Part shown: piece after piece, positions 1 to 8,729 of the stretch
Numbering within the stretch: position 1 is the first letter of the stretch
How the letters are laid out: each line of letters opens with the position of its first letter
Virus record (IMG/VR): IMGVR_UViG_3300005512_000010
Location: 26,749 to 90,748 of that record
Direction: 5' to 3' (one strand)
Length of the DNA: 64,000 nucleotides
From: a virus
Lineage: Duplodnaviria > Caudoviricetes
Notes under the pieces: model-generated
Seen by the model: the letters and a program-made list of their open reading frames with translations, nothing else
Told to the model about the DNA's origin: nothing
Database searches by the model: none
Translations under genes and position numbers: made by a program

Positions 1-1
1 G

Positions 2-1927
2 AGGTTTTCAGACAAACAGACTGGTAGCGGATATGTATGGAACTCTGCAGGACCGCAGGTGAAGACTGAAAAGAAGAAAAAGACTAACTTCTATGGAATC
101 GGTATTAGCGGCGATGCCCCCAAGTCACTTTTAGATGGCATAGCGGTAACTGTCAGCGGAGATGGGGGACGAGTCATCATAGCAACGAATTACTTCCTGC
201 GCTACTGCGATGAGAACAAGAAGTGTAGGAATAGTGTTATCATGCAGGAGACTGTCAATCTATCCAGTGTAGAGGAGAGGTTGAAGGAAGGTACTCCCGT
301 GGAGATGAATGAGCAGATAGGGACTGCGACGAGTGAGAAACCTGAGTTCACCAGATTTTACATTTCCGCTATTAGTTCGTCTGATAAGATAACTCTGTCC
401 CCCGCTTTGGTGTGGAAATACGCTGTACCGGTTAAACCACTGACGGATGAGGAGAAGAAGGATATTGATTTGAGGGGAGATAAGCCATCGTCACCGGTGA
501 GTAATTCGGGCCAAGGCTCTGTTATTGGGAGAGTGGGAAATACTGGACGCAGTACTGGTCCCCACCTTCACGCTGAATACGAACCTTCCAGACCAATCAC
601 TAGAGAAGACCTTGATGGGATTATAGAGATTGGAGGTAGACCACCTTCGTCCTGGAAAACATCTTCTCGATACGGAGCTCAAGAAGAATTTAGACCTAGA
701 CCTCACAAAGGGGTAGATTTGGTTGGAGACTCAGTAGATATAAATAATCAACCTATAACTCTGCTCGATGGTAAAGTTATAGATACTGGTTTTGAGAGTG
801 GATTTGGAAATTATGTGGTAATAGATACTCCTAAAGGCGAAATTCTCCTGGCTCATTTGGCAGACGGGTCGACTCAAGGTGTCCAGGGAACCAAATCCAG
901 CGTAGGATCTAGATACGGTACTGGCGTGCAAAGCGGTCCTGCTGTCAACGGTGCTGAGATATCGACTGAGTTTAAAGGTATCCCCCGTGCCCTGAGAATC
1001 GTGCCGGGAAGAACGATTCTATCGCTGATTACCAACTACGATGAGTGGGTGGAGCAGGGTAGGCCGAGTACAATCGATCCGGGGATATGGATAGCAGAGA
1101 GGTTTTCCAAGTGGTTCGTTAAAAATGCCCGCTACCAGTGGAGTAAAGGAGACCTTAGAGTATCTATAACAGGGGTTACTGATTGGGGGAATACTACAGC
1201 TAGGATACAAGTTCCCCCTTTTGAGGATTATATATCCTCAGGAGAATTTAATGTCGCAAAAGATTACTACGGATATATAAGATCGGTAGGGGATTTGTGC
1301 TGGAAACTTGAGGACGGTAAGACCTCCTGCGAAGTCTTTTGTAAAGAGGCTCAGGATATTGAAAATTTCTACAAAGCAGGAAGATCGGGGAGTAGGGGAA
1401 GTGTTAATAGCGAATTTCCTCCGGCAAACTGTCAATACAAGGGGTCTAAGTATCCTGCGGACAAGGTAAATCTTATCATAAACGCTACAAGACAAGCGGG
1501 AATAAATACGAAGGCGGCTTATGCCGGCATCGTTGGCAATGCTCTGGCAGAGTCCACTACAAATCTTGATCCGGCCATAGAGAATCGGAAGGGTAGCGGT
1601 GCTTTTGGAATTTTCCAATGGCTAGGCCCCAGGAGGACAAATCTAGAAAAATTTGCCAGAGAGTCTGGCAGATCAGCTTCCGATTTTAATACTCAAATGT
1701 CATTTTTTATAGCAGAATTGGACCCTGACAGTCCGTACTACGATGCTACGTCAGATGTAAAAGCGCCAGGGGGAAATCTCATCCAGGCCATGAATTCTGC
1801 CAGAAGCCCAGAGGAAGCCGCTGCGCTGTTTAATGATGCATATGAGCGAGCCCCTGGTCAGCTAGAAGGGGAAAGGCAAGATTTCGGTGTAGAAATCTTT
1901 AGCGAAATGGATTGTGTAGAAGAATGA
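2..1927 (+). CDS. Tail-associated lytic protein (M23 peptidase + phage tail lysozyme domains), 5'-truncated by the window
   Basis: Frame is open from nt 2. M23 motifs GRVGNTGRSTGPHLHAE, HKGVD and GFGNYVVI..LAHL are present. C-terminal GIVGNALAES..GIFQW..FNDAYER is typical of the phage tail lysozyme family. Confidence 0.75.
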   Translation, partial: RFSDKQTGSGYVWNSAGPQVKTEKKKKTNFYGIGISGDAPKSLLDGIAVTVSGDGGRVIIATNYFLRYCDENKKCRNSVIMQETVNLSSVEERLKEGTPVEMNEQIGTATSEKPEFTRFYISAISSSDKITLSPALVWKYAVPVKPLTDEEKKDIDLRGDKPSSPVSNSGQGSVIGRVGNTGRSTGPHLHAEYEPSRPITREDLDGIIEIGGRPPSSWKTSSRYGAQEEFRPRPHKGVDLVGDSVDINNQPITLLDGKVIDTGFESGFGNYVVIDTPKGEILLAHLADGSTQGVQGTKSSVGSRYGTGVQSGPAVNGAEISTEFKGIPRALRIVPGRTILSLITNYDEWVEQGRPSTIDPGIWIAERFSKWFVKNARYQWSKGDLRVSITGVTDWGNTTARIQVPPFEDYISSGEFNVAKDYYGYIRSVGDLCWKLEDGKTSCEVFCKEAQDIENFYKAGRSGSRGSVNSEFPPANCQYKGSKYPADKVNLIINATRQAGINTKAAYAGIVGNALAESTTNLDPAIENRKGSGAFGIFQWLGPRRTNLEKFARESGRSASDFNTQMSFFIAELDPDSPYYDATSDVKAPGGNLIQAMNSARSPEEAAALFNDAYERAPGQLEGERQDFGVEIFSEMDCVEE

Positions 1928-2445
1928 TAGCAAGGGTACTTCTAGGGTTATTTTTTCGAGAGATCCTGCAAGAGTCTGCTAAGAAAATAGTTAAAGAGCA
2001 GACTACAAGACAGCTCTCGGACTCTGTGAGAGTAGAATTCCTCCGTGCCGTCACTGAAGGGTATACCAAAGAGCTAACCCATAACATCGGTCAATATGTC
2101 CGCTCTCTCGGCGCTGTTAGTGTCGAGGTGACTAGTGATAACGCAGGAGAACGCTTACTCTCCGCCCTTCAAACCTCTTTGCAGGCACTAGAAGTTGAGC
2201 TAGAGAGTCAGGGACCAGAATCCCCTGTTATACAATACCTACAGAGAAGGTATGGCGAAGAGTCCGCTACCCCCATAGGGCGCGAGAGTAGGCCAATCTA
2301 TTCTATGGTATCGGGATATGACGCTAGATCTTCTCCCGACCAACCCTGGCTCAACAGAGTTCTCGAAGAATCCCCCGAAGTGACAGAAATCCTTGCCGAA
2401 GAGGCGGCCAGAGTCTTCGACTTAGTTTTTCCCGAAGTACTTTGA
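1924..2445 (+). CDS. Hypothetical protein
   Basis: Long ORF; ATG overlaps the upstream stop (ATGA). No recognisable motif. Confidence 0.6.
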   Translation: MIARVLLGLFFREILQESAKKIVKEQTTRQLSDSVRVEFLRAVTEGYTKELTHNIGQYVRSLGAVSVEVTSDNAGERLLSALQTSLQALEVELESQGPESPVIQYLQRRYGEESATPIGRESRPIYSMVSGYDARSSPDQPWLNRVLEESPEVTEILAEEAARVFDLVFPEVL

Positions 2446-3117
2446 TCCCTTCGACGTGTTTTCCGAAGCATCGAGAATTTGAAATTCAGCATGGAAAGAG
2501 TGGTAGTCAAACCAGCTCTCTGCCATTTCTACAGACTGCAGTCTACAAATAGCTCCACGGCATTTTACCGGAATCGTCTCGAGGTCATACTGATTCTCTC
2601 TACACCACTCCTCGACTAACCTAATAAACGGATAAACATGATCGACATGATACGGTCCTAGGATGGGTTTTCCGCTGAGAGACGACTTAATAAGTCTCTG
2701 ACCCTTGAACCTATTTCTATACTCCTGTATCTGAGGTTCAATAACCCCTCTTAACGCTCTAATCGCATTCTTTCTGTTCTCTTTAGCCGGATCAGGAGCA
2801 GTTGACTTGGGGAAGATAGAGTCCATGACGTACTTTTTACCCACCCATACCTCGTAACTAGAATTAGGGGTTACAAGAACAATCCCCTTGACGCGTTTTC
2901 CATTAAACGCTTTCTTAACTACTTTGTAGTCCACCCTGCCCCTGTCCATGATTCTAGAAAATCGGGGTATCCTTATTAAAACGTTTGAGAGAAAACAATA
3001 ATCTGACTTGGAAACACTCAGACCTGGTTCATAGCTAGCAATTATCTCTGACCATTTAGCAGAAAACTGCTTTTTATTGTACTGTTGGCCAAGAACTTCT
3101 ACGTATCTAATAGACAT
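2422..3117 (-). CDS. Putative DCL/DUF3223-like protein with C-terminal HNH-like motif
   Basis: N-terminal half resembles DCL-type domains. C-terminal HVDHVYPF...WFDYH..HAEFQIL...N.SKG is HNH-like. Family assignment is from memory. Confidence 0.4.
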   Translation of the reverse strand: MSIRYVEVLGQQYNKKQFSAKWSEIIASYEPGLSVSKSDYCFLSNVLIRIPRFSRIMDRGRVDYKVVKKAFNGKRVKGIVLVTPNSSYEVWVGKKYVMDSIFPKSTAPDPAKENRKNAIRALRGVIEPQIQEYRNRFKGQRLIKSSLSGKPILGPYHVDHVYPFIRLVEEWCRENQYDLETIPVKCRGAICRLQSVEMAESWFDYHSFHAEFQILDASENTSKGSKYFGKN

Positions 3118-3812
3118 GGAACTTCTAAAACTTTACTCAGAATTTTCTGAGTCTCCTCTCTAATACGGTGTTGACTATTAATCCCGGGATATTTTCTAAA
3201 TATAGTGGAATTAGCCCGCTTATTGACGTAGACGTCATTGAGAAATTGATATTCCCCCTCAGGGAGATCGGATAACTTCATTAAAATACCAGAGTACTCT
3301 GACATCATCTTTTCGATACTATCTTCCCTGGGATTTTCATCTTCAAATGGGACTTCTGTATCTTCGTTAATCTCCTGATAAGTGACCTGATAAGCTCTCC
3401 TAGTCTCCCTTATCAAAGACTCCTTTAAGCCGGTCATTTCGGCCACTTCTTGATCAGAGATCTCCGGATTAGCACCGATAATTTTCCGTATTTTTATATA
3501 CGTATCTGCATAAGTCCGGGGAACTTTAATCATTCTCGAACTGTCTCTAAGATAGTTCAAGAGTTGAAAAGTAAGCGATCTATTTAACCAGGTACTAAAG
3601 TTAGCTTTCTCAGGATCCCACTTGTCGTATAATTTGACCATAGCCTCCAGAGCTACTGATCTCAGTTCTTCGAAGGGAAGTCCGCTAAAGCCCGAAACTT
3701 TCCTAGCTGCATGAGAGGCTTTCCACATATTCTCACGAATATGCATTTCTCTGGTTCTTTCATACTCGGATCGTCTAACCCCCTTAAGGTTTTCTAGTTC
3801 TACTGGTCTCAT
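3099..3812 (-). CDS. Phage RNA polymerase sigma factor (sigma70 family, SigB/SigF-like)
   Basis: Region 2 signature ELRSVALEAMVKLYDKWDPEKANFSTW...LLNYLRDSSRMIKVPR, region 3 helix and a divergent region 4. Confidence 0.9.
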   Translation of the reverse strand: MRPVELENLKGVRRSEYERTREMHIRENMWKASHAARKVSGFSGLPFEELRSVALEAMVKLYDKWDPEKANFSTWLNRSLTFQLLNYLRDSSRMIKVPRTYADTYIKIRKIIGANPEISDQEVAEMTGLKESLIRETRRAYQVTYQEINEDTEVPFEDENPREDSIEKMMSEYSGILMKLSDLPEGEYQFLNDVYVNKRANSTIFRKYPGINSQHRIREETQKILSKVLEVPCLLDT

Positions 3813-4123
3813 TTAACGTTTTTTAGTACAAAATCTTTCGTCTGAGTAGCAGACATAATGCCTTCACCGTTAAAGCTGATCAAGTTGCATTCTTCGTCGA
3901 AGATGGCGAATTCCGGAGTTCCGTTGCCCGACTCTCCGGGGACTAGAGATTCCAGGAACTCCCAGTTGTCATCTAAGACGTTAAATTCACCCCAGCCAAC
4001 TCTGAGCTCAGGGTATTCCTCTGCAATTTCGCCTGCAACTTTGGCGAAGATGGGCTTCATAGCATCGCAGGCAGGACACCCCGGCTGCGTGAAGAACACC
4101 ACTCTGGTTTTAAAGTCTTCCAT
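3809..4123 (-). CDS. Thioredoxin-like protein
   Basis: FFTQPGCPACDAMKP (CxxC) and downstream GTPEF cis-Pro motif; 104 aa. Confidence 0.85.
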   Translation of the reverse strand: MEDFKTRVVFFTQPGCPACDAMKPIFAKVAGEIAEEYPELRVGWGEFNVLDDNWEFLESLVPGESGNGTPEFAIFDEECNLISFNGEGIMSATQTKDFVLKNVK

Positions 4124-4152
4124 AATACTTAGTGATTAGAGTTTTCCCTTTA

Positions 4153-4161
4153 ATTATAACA
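4153..4161 (-). promoter_or_regulatory. Extended -10 host-type promoter for the thioredoxin-sigma operon
   Basis: Minus strand TG-T-TATAAT about 30 nt upstream of the thioredoxin ATG, in the intergenic gap. Confidence 0.55.
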
Positions 4162-4168
4162 CATATGT

Positions 4169-5749
4169 CTACAAATAGCTAGTATTAAGTGATCCGCGTC
4201 CTAGACGACTTGTCGCTCTCTGTAAACCCCCGTGGTTATTGATCTGAGGCAAATGTATCCTGCTCCCCCCATGAGCTGCCTTGGCCGACCCCATAATCTC
4301 ATCACGGAAAACCGTAACTCCCAGGACAAAGCTATCTACAAAATCATCATGTTTTGTAAAAGGAAAAGCTGTTAACTCGGCCATTAATTCACCGAGATTT
4401 GGTATGTCGGAATAGATAGAGATCCTTCCCTCCTCCGTTATCGGAGCTATCTCGTTAGCTCGAGCAATCTTATCCTTAGTCGGAATCACCTCTCGTACCG
4501 GTATCTGTAGCTCTTTCCTGAGCATTTGTATAAGAGGTAGACCTGAAGCTCTAGCTTCGATGTATAGGGTCCTTACACGCCAAGTTTTTAACCAAAGTGG
4601 CATGGCCTTGAGTAGTTCAGGAAACTCCATCTTCTCTTTGTATACATGCAAAAGATGGAGCTTTCTAGTCTTTCTAACCACGCCGAAGATACATATCACC
4701 GACGAATCGTTCATCTGGCCTTTTTTCAAAGCAGTGTCAGCAGCCGCGTAAACGTACTCATAGTTCTCTTTATTCTTATCATGATACCCAAACCAAAAAT
4801 CCTTAAATATCGCTCCACTTTCACCACTGGGGCGACCCTGATACAAGACTTCAAAAGTCTTTTCGTCCTGTTTTTTAATGCTTTCCAAAGCGGAGGTGGG
4901 GAAAAATTCTGGCCAATGAGACTCGTTAAGTTTTCGTCCTAGCGGATCCGTATCCTCATCAGTACATAGAGCGGGGACATTAAGCTGTAGCCAACCCTCC
5001 GGATCACTGGTAATCAACCTCCCCGAAACATCCTCTTTGTGAAATCTGGTCCCTATACTTGCGACACAGTTGTTTGGTAGGCCTCGAGTTAAGAACTGCG
5101 TTGCAGTCCAGGAGAAGGTAGATTCAAGAACTTGAGCTGAATTGCCGTCTTCAAGTAAGTCGTCTAAGATTCCGATGCCAGGTAAATCTTCTTCACTAAT
5201 TACTCCGTAGCCAAAACCGGTAACACCGCCCCCAGCCGATGCTGCCATGATAAGGCCACCTTGCTCAGATCGTATAGTTTTCAGGTTAGAGTTTTTTTCT
5301 AGTACCTCGCACTCAGGAAATACCCAGTGAAAAGCTTCGCTGGTAGTATAAGCTAGAATAGATCTAGATGCCTCTTGACTTAACTTAAGGGCGTAAGAGG
5401 CCAAGATAAACTGCGAAGTCGGACTTCTTCCCAATTGCCAAGTAGGCATCAGTTTTGATAAAAGCAGGGACTTACCAGTACGAGGTGGAAGAGATATTAC
5501 CGTCCTCCTATATCTCGGATCTCCATCGCAGATCCCTTGAACATACTCACATATCAAGGAGTGAACCTTATACGGTTTAAATACCCCATTGATGCCTATT
5601 TCCCGGGTTATGAATTTAGCAAACGTAGTAAATTCTGTTCTGCATCGCAATCTTAGGAGTTCTTTCTTATCATTGTCAGCTAACTTATCGATATCCGCTG
5701 ACATTTCAACTACCAACTGCTTTTCTTTGTCCCTTTCTTTTTTATTCAC
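4169..5749 (-). CDS. terL: Terminase large subunit
   Basis: Walker A ISLPPRTGKS, Walker B GILDD, coupling motif IGTRFH, nuclease motifs AADTA and HDDFVDS. Confidence 0.92.
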   Translation of the reverse strand: MNKKERDKEKQLVVEMSADIDKLADNDKKELLRLRCRTEFTTFAKFITREIGINGVFKPYKVHSLICEYVQGICDGDPRYRRTVISLPPRTGKSLLLSKLMPTWQLGRSPTSQFILASYALKLSQEASRSILAYTTSEAFHWVFPECEVLEKNSNLKTIRSEQGGLIMAASAGGGVTGFGYGVISEEDLPGIGILDDLLEDGNSAQVLESTFSWTATQFLTRGLPNNCVASIGTRFHKEDVSGRLITSDPEGWLQLNVPALCTDEDTDPLGRKLNESHWPEFFPTSALESIKKQDEKTFEVLYQGRPSGESGAIFKDFWFGYHDKNKENYEYVYAAADTALKKGQMNDSSVICIFGVVRKTRKLHLLHVYKEKMEFPELLKAMPLWLKTWRVRTLYIEARASGLPLIQMLRKELQIPVREVIPTKDKIARANEIAPITEEGRISIYSDIPNLGELMAELTAFPFTKHDDFVDSFVLGVTVFRDEIMGSAKAAHGGSRIHLPQINNHGGLQRATSRLGRGSLNTSYL

Positions 5750-8729
5750 AATTAGTCTGACCTCTTCTATTAACTATGTCATCGTACAGTGAGCTTTCAC
5801 CGGAATCAAGGAGTAGTACATTACTTTCATCAGGGATAGAAGACAGCGTTCCATCGCTGATACCCCTCGACTTAAGCCGGTCTAACTGTTCCGGAGATAG
5901 AGTTAAATCGAGTACTGTATTCTCTGCTGGGGGGGAGTTATCTCCGAGCTTAGATTCTAAGCTAATAGATAAAACCCTATCTCTGTCAAAAAGAGTACGT
6001 TCTTGGTAGAAGGGGTCAGGGATAGTGTCATCATATTCACCCAGAGTAGTATCAAGGTTGAACCCGGAATCTAGAGTCTTCCACTCTTCATAGGCCGGCT
6101 TAATCGCACCGTCTATAATGGCTTTTGCCAACTCCCTATTCACTCTTAGTAATCTAGCGAGATCGGGTATATTCTGAAACGCCCGAGATATAGGAGTAGT
6201 GACATTAACACCGACCCTGGGTCCATCTTTAACTTGATCGAGTCTCTTCGTAAATTTATAGATATCTTTTATAGCTTGAGAATTCTCTCTCACATCCCGT
6301 ATTAGGCGTGGAAAAATGGCTAATTTTTCCCCATAGCCAATCCCCCTCAAGAGTTTATAGAGCGCATCGATTAGTTTTTTCTCAATAGACTCTATCCTAG
6401 TGATATTGTTGTCCGCCACCTTAAGCGATTTCTCTACAGCTTCGAAGGTATAAGTAATCTCCGACTCCTTATCTACCTGGTCCGCATACCTCGATGCAAA
6501 ATACTTCTCGGCCATCTCACCCACCCTGGAGATCTCCCTAATCGACTCGCTTAAGTTTCTTATATTGCCAGGCAACAGATCTTCCCCTATGTCGGTGAAA
6601 GACGACCCCTGATCCTCTGCTATAGGGCCGGCATTATTCTCCAAAGGATTACCCTCAGCGGCATAAGCGTTCGCATTATTCGCTGTCATAGCTCCGCATT
6701 TCTCGATCAGGTTATTGCCATCACTATCTTCCCCATGCTCAGTCTTTCTGCACTTCGGATCACACGGACAGCCCAGGGATCCTGAAGAGCCAAACAACCC
6801 AGTTAGGCCTTTAACCCCCGATATTATCGTCTTAGCCGCGCTGAATCCACCACCAATAACTTGATCGAGGTTATCAAGACCTATGCCCCCACCTCCGAGA
6901 AGATCCTGGGCAGCACTGGCTAGGCCAGACACCCCGAGAGCAGTAGTGGCGAGGGCGGGTATGGCATTAGCGGGTGCCGGGAGCTTCGAAATTTGGTTCA
7001 GGTTGCCTAGAGATCCAAAGAGCTTAGGTATTTCACCCAGAGAGCCTGAGGAAAGACCCGTAGTCAATGTCGATAGCAGTTGCGGGGTGACAATGTTATT
7101 TCCTATCGCATTATTTACCGTCCCACTTACTGCGGCGAGGAGGCCGCCGCCAGAGGCCGAGTTGAGGATATTCTCAAGCGAGCTGGGATAAGCGGAGGTC
7201 AGCAAATCTTTCGCAATCCCTATCACAGGCGACACGTATTTGTTGACTTCAGGCGGTAATTGGTCTAGACCTATGGCAACTGCGCTGTCTACAGCTCCCA
7301 TTATTCCGCCGCTCATTAATCCGGTCATCACCGACGCTGCCTGGGGGTTAATCGATAGCATCGCATTCCGCAGAGTACTCTGTCCGATTGATAAGAGGGC
7401 GGAGTCCAGGTCTCCCCCAGTAACCCCGTTAACGAGTGCGTCTGCAGCGCTTCCAACACCGCTAAGTACCTGTGCCGTAGCAGGAGTCAATGAACCATCT
7501 CGGTCTAACTCTTCTCTTATCAACTGAGTTATCGTCTCTACCGGAATCCCTGTTTTCTTTCTCAACGCTTCATTAGCCACTCTCCTCATTGTCTGAGCTC
7601 CGTCAAAGGCGGTAGCAGGTACGAGGCCTGCGAGGCGGAGAAGTTCTTTCAGTCGGGGGTCTGTACCGGTAATATCGATGTCTGCGATAGCTGTGTCGAA
7701 AGCGACCTCTGCTATCTCTGGCTCTTTCGCCCAGTCATCAGAAGACATCGGGCTTTCAGACAACGTCTCGATGGGGTTGAACCCTGTCGTGAATTGAATA
7801 CGCGTTAGAGGTTTCTCCTTGCTAAAAAATTGATGGGGTATACGCCTCCCCTGTCTTACCCAACGCAGTAGTCCCTGATATCTTTGACAGACTAAGAACT
7901 CCGAGTTATTGCCATCGTCCAGCACAGCCTCCATGCCATGCACTTTCTCACTACATTTTGGCAGTGTGGTACGGAAGAACACTGGCGGAGCGCTTAGGGG
8001 TAGCCAGGAGAAGTTTTTATTCTCATCTCTCCTACATACCATAGAAGTGGTACGGAATCCCCTATCTTCTGTAAACTCATGGACTTCTCCCAGCAAAGAT
8101 TCGTTACACTCAGGTATCCCTGGGTTTCTCTTCTGCGCTTGAGTAACAGCGGGAGTGGTTTCGTTCCCCGGGTTTATTCCCTTCTCGACCCAAAGACCGC
8201 TTGTAATCGATTTCCAAGACCAAGAGGGCTTATTCCCTACCTGATTGCTTGTGCGTCTGAGGCATACAACTACATCCTGGTTCATCTCATTGCTCAGGAT
8301 ATACATCCTCCCCTCATTCCCCTCATTGCACTTCATCCCTGAATCAGTGGTCTCATTCCAAACCGCAGTACTCTCGTCTATGATGGGGAGTTGCAAAGGG
8401 TTTCCTGAAACACCGATGTCAGGATCGTTTCTTATAACTCCTATGACATACATATTCTCCGATCTACCATTGGTCTTGCCTACCAATACCTCTGAACCGA
8501 TATACCTAGCACTCAATACCCCCTTGTTCGATCCGGACACCGGTATCCACTGGGAGACAATCCCGTCATCGGTAGTAACCTTAACCCGACCCAGTTTCAA
8601 CGGATCATTTACATCCGATATGACTGCCTCTTCGTTAAAAGGGTCGGCATAGGGGACGCCCAGGGTCTCAATAATTCTAGTCTGAGCTCTGGCCATCGTT
8701 GCCAGAGGTTTAAAGGGATTTTCAGCCAT
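5742..8729 (-). CDS. gp5/gpV-like baseplate spike protein with long extension
   Basis: N-terminal OB-fold signature AVISDVNDPLKLGRVKV..SQWIP; lies within the baseplate operon. ATG at 8729 overlaps the upstream gene end. Confidence 0.7.
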   Translation of the reverse strand: MAENPFKPLATMARAQTRIIETLGVPYADPFNEEAVISDVNDPLKLGRVKVTTDDGIVSQWIPVSGSNKGVLSARYIGSEVLVGKTNGRSENMYVIGVIRNDPDIGVSGNPLQLPIIDESTAVWNETTDSGMKCNEGNEGRMYILSNEMNQDVVVCLRRTSNQVGNKPSWSWKSITSGLWVEKGINPGNETTPAVTQAQKRNPGIPECNESLLGEVHEFTEDRGFRTTSMVCRRDENKNFSWLPLSAPPVFFRTTLPKCSEKVHGMEAVLDDGNNSEFLVCQRYQGLLRWVRQGRRIPHQFFSKEKPLTRIQFTTGFNPIETLSESPMSSDDWAKEPEIAEVAFDTAIADIDITGTDPRLKELLRLAGLVPATAFDGAQTMRRVANEALRKKTGIPVETITQLIREELDRDGSLTPATAQVLSGVGSAADALVNGVTGGDLDSALLSIGQSTLRNAMLSINPQAASVMTGLMSGGIMGAVDSAVAIGLDQLPPEVNKYVSPVIGIAKDLLTSAYPSSLENILNSASGGGLLAAVSGTVNNAIGNNIVTPQLLSTLTTGLSSGSLGEIPKLFGSLGNLNQISKLPAPANAIPALATTALGVSGLASAAQDLLGGGGIGLDNLDQVIGGGFSAAKTIISGVKGLTGLFGSSGSLGCPCDPKCRKTEHGEDSDGNNLIEKCGAMTANNANAYAAEGNPLENNAGPIAEDQGSSFTDIGEDLLPGNIRNLSESIREISRVGEMAEKYFASRYADQVDKESEITYTFEAVEKSLKVADNNITRIESIEKKLIDALYKLLRGIGYGEKLAIFPRLIRDVRENSQAIKDIYKFTKRLDQVKDGPRVGVNVTTPISRAFQNIPDLARLLRVNRELAKAIIDGAIKPAYEEWKTLDSGFNLDTTLGEYDDTIPDPFYQERTLFDRDRVLSISLESKLGDNSPPAENTVLDLTLSPEQLDRLKSRGISDGTLSSIPDESNVLLLDSGESSLYDDIVNRRGQTNCE

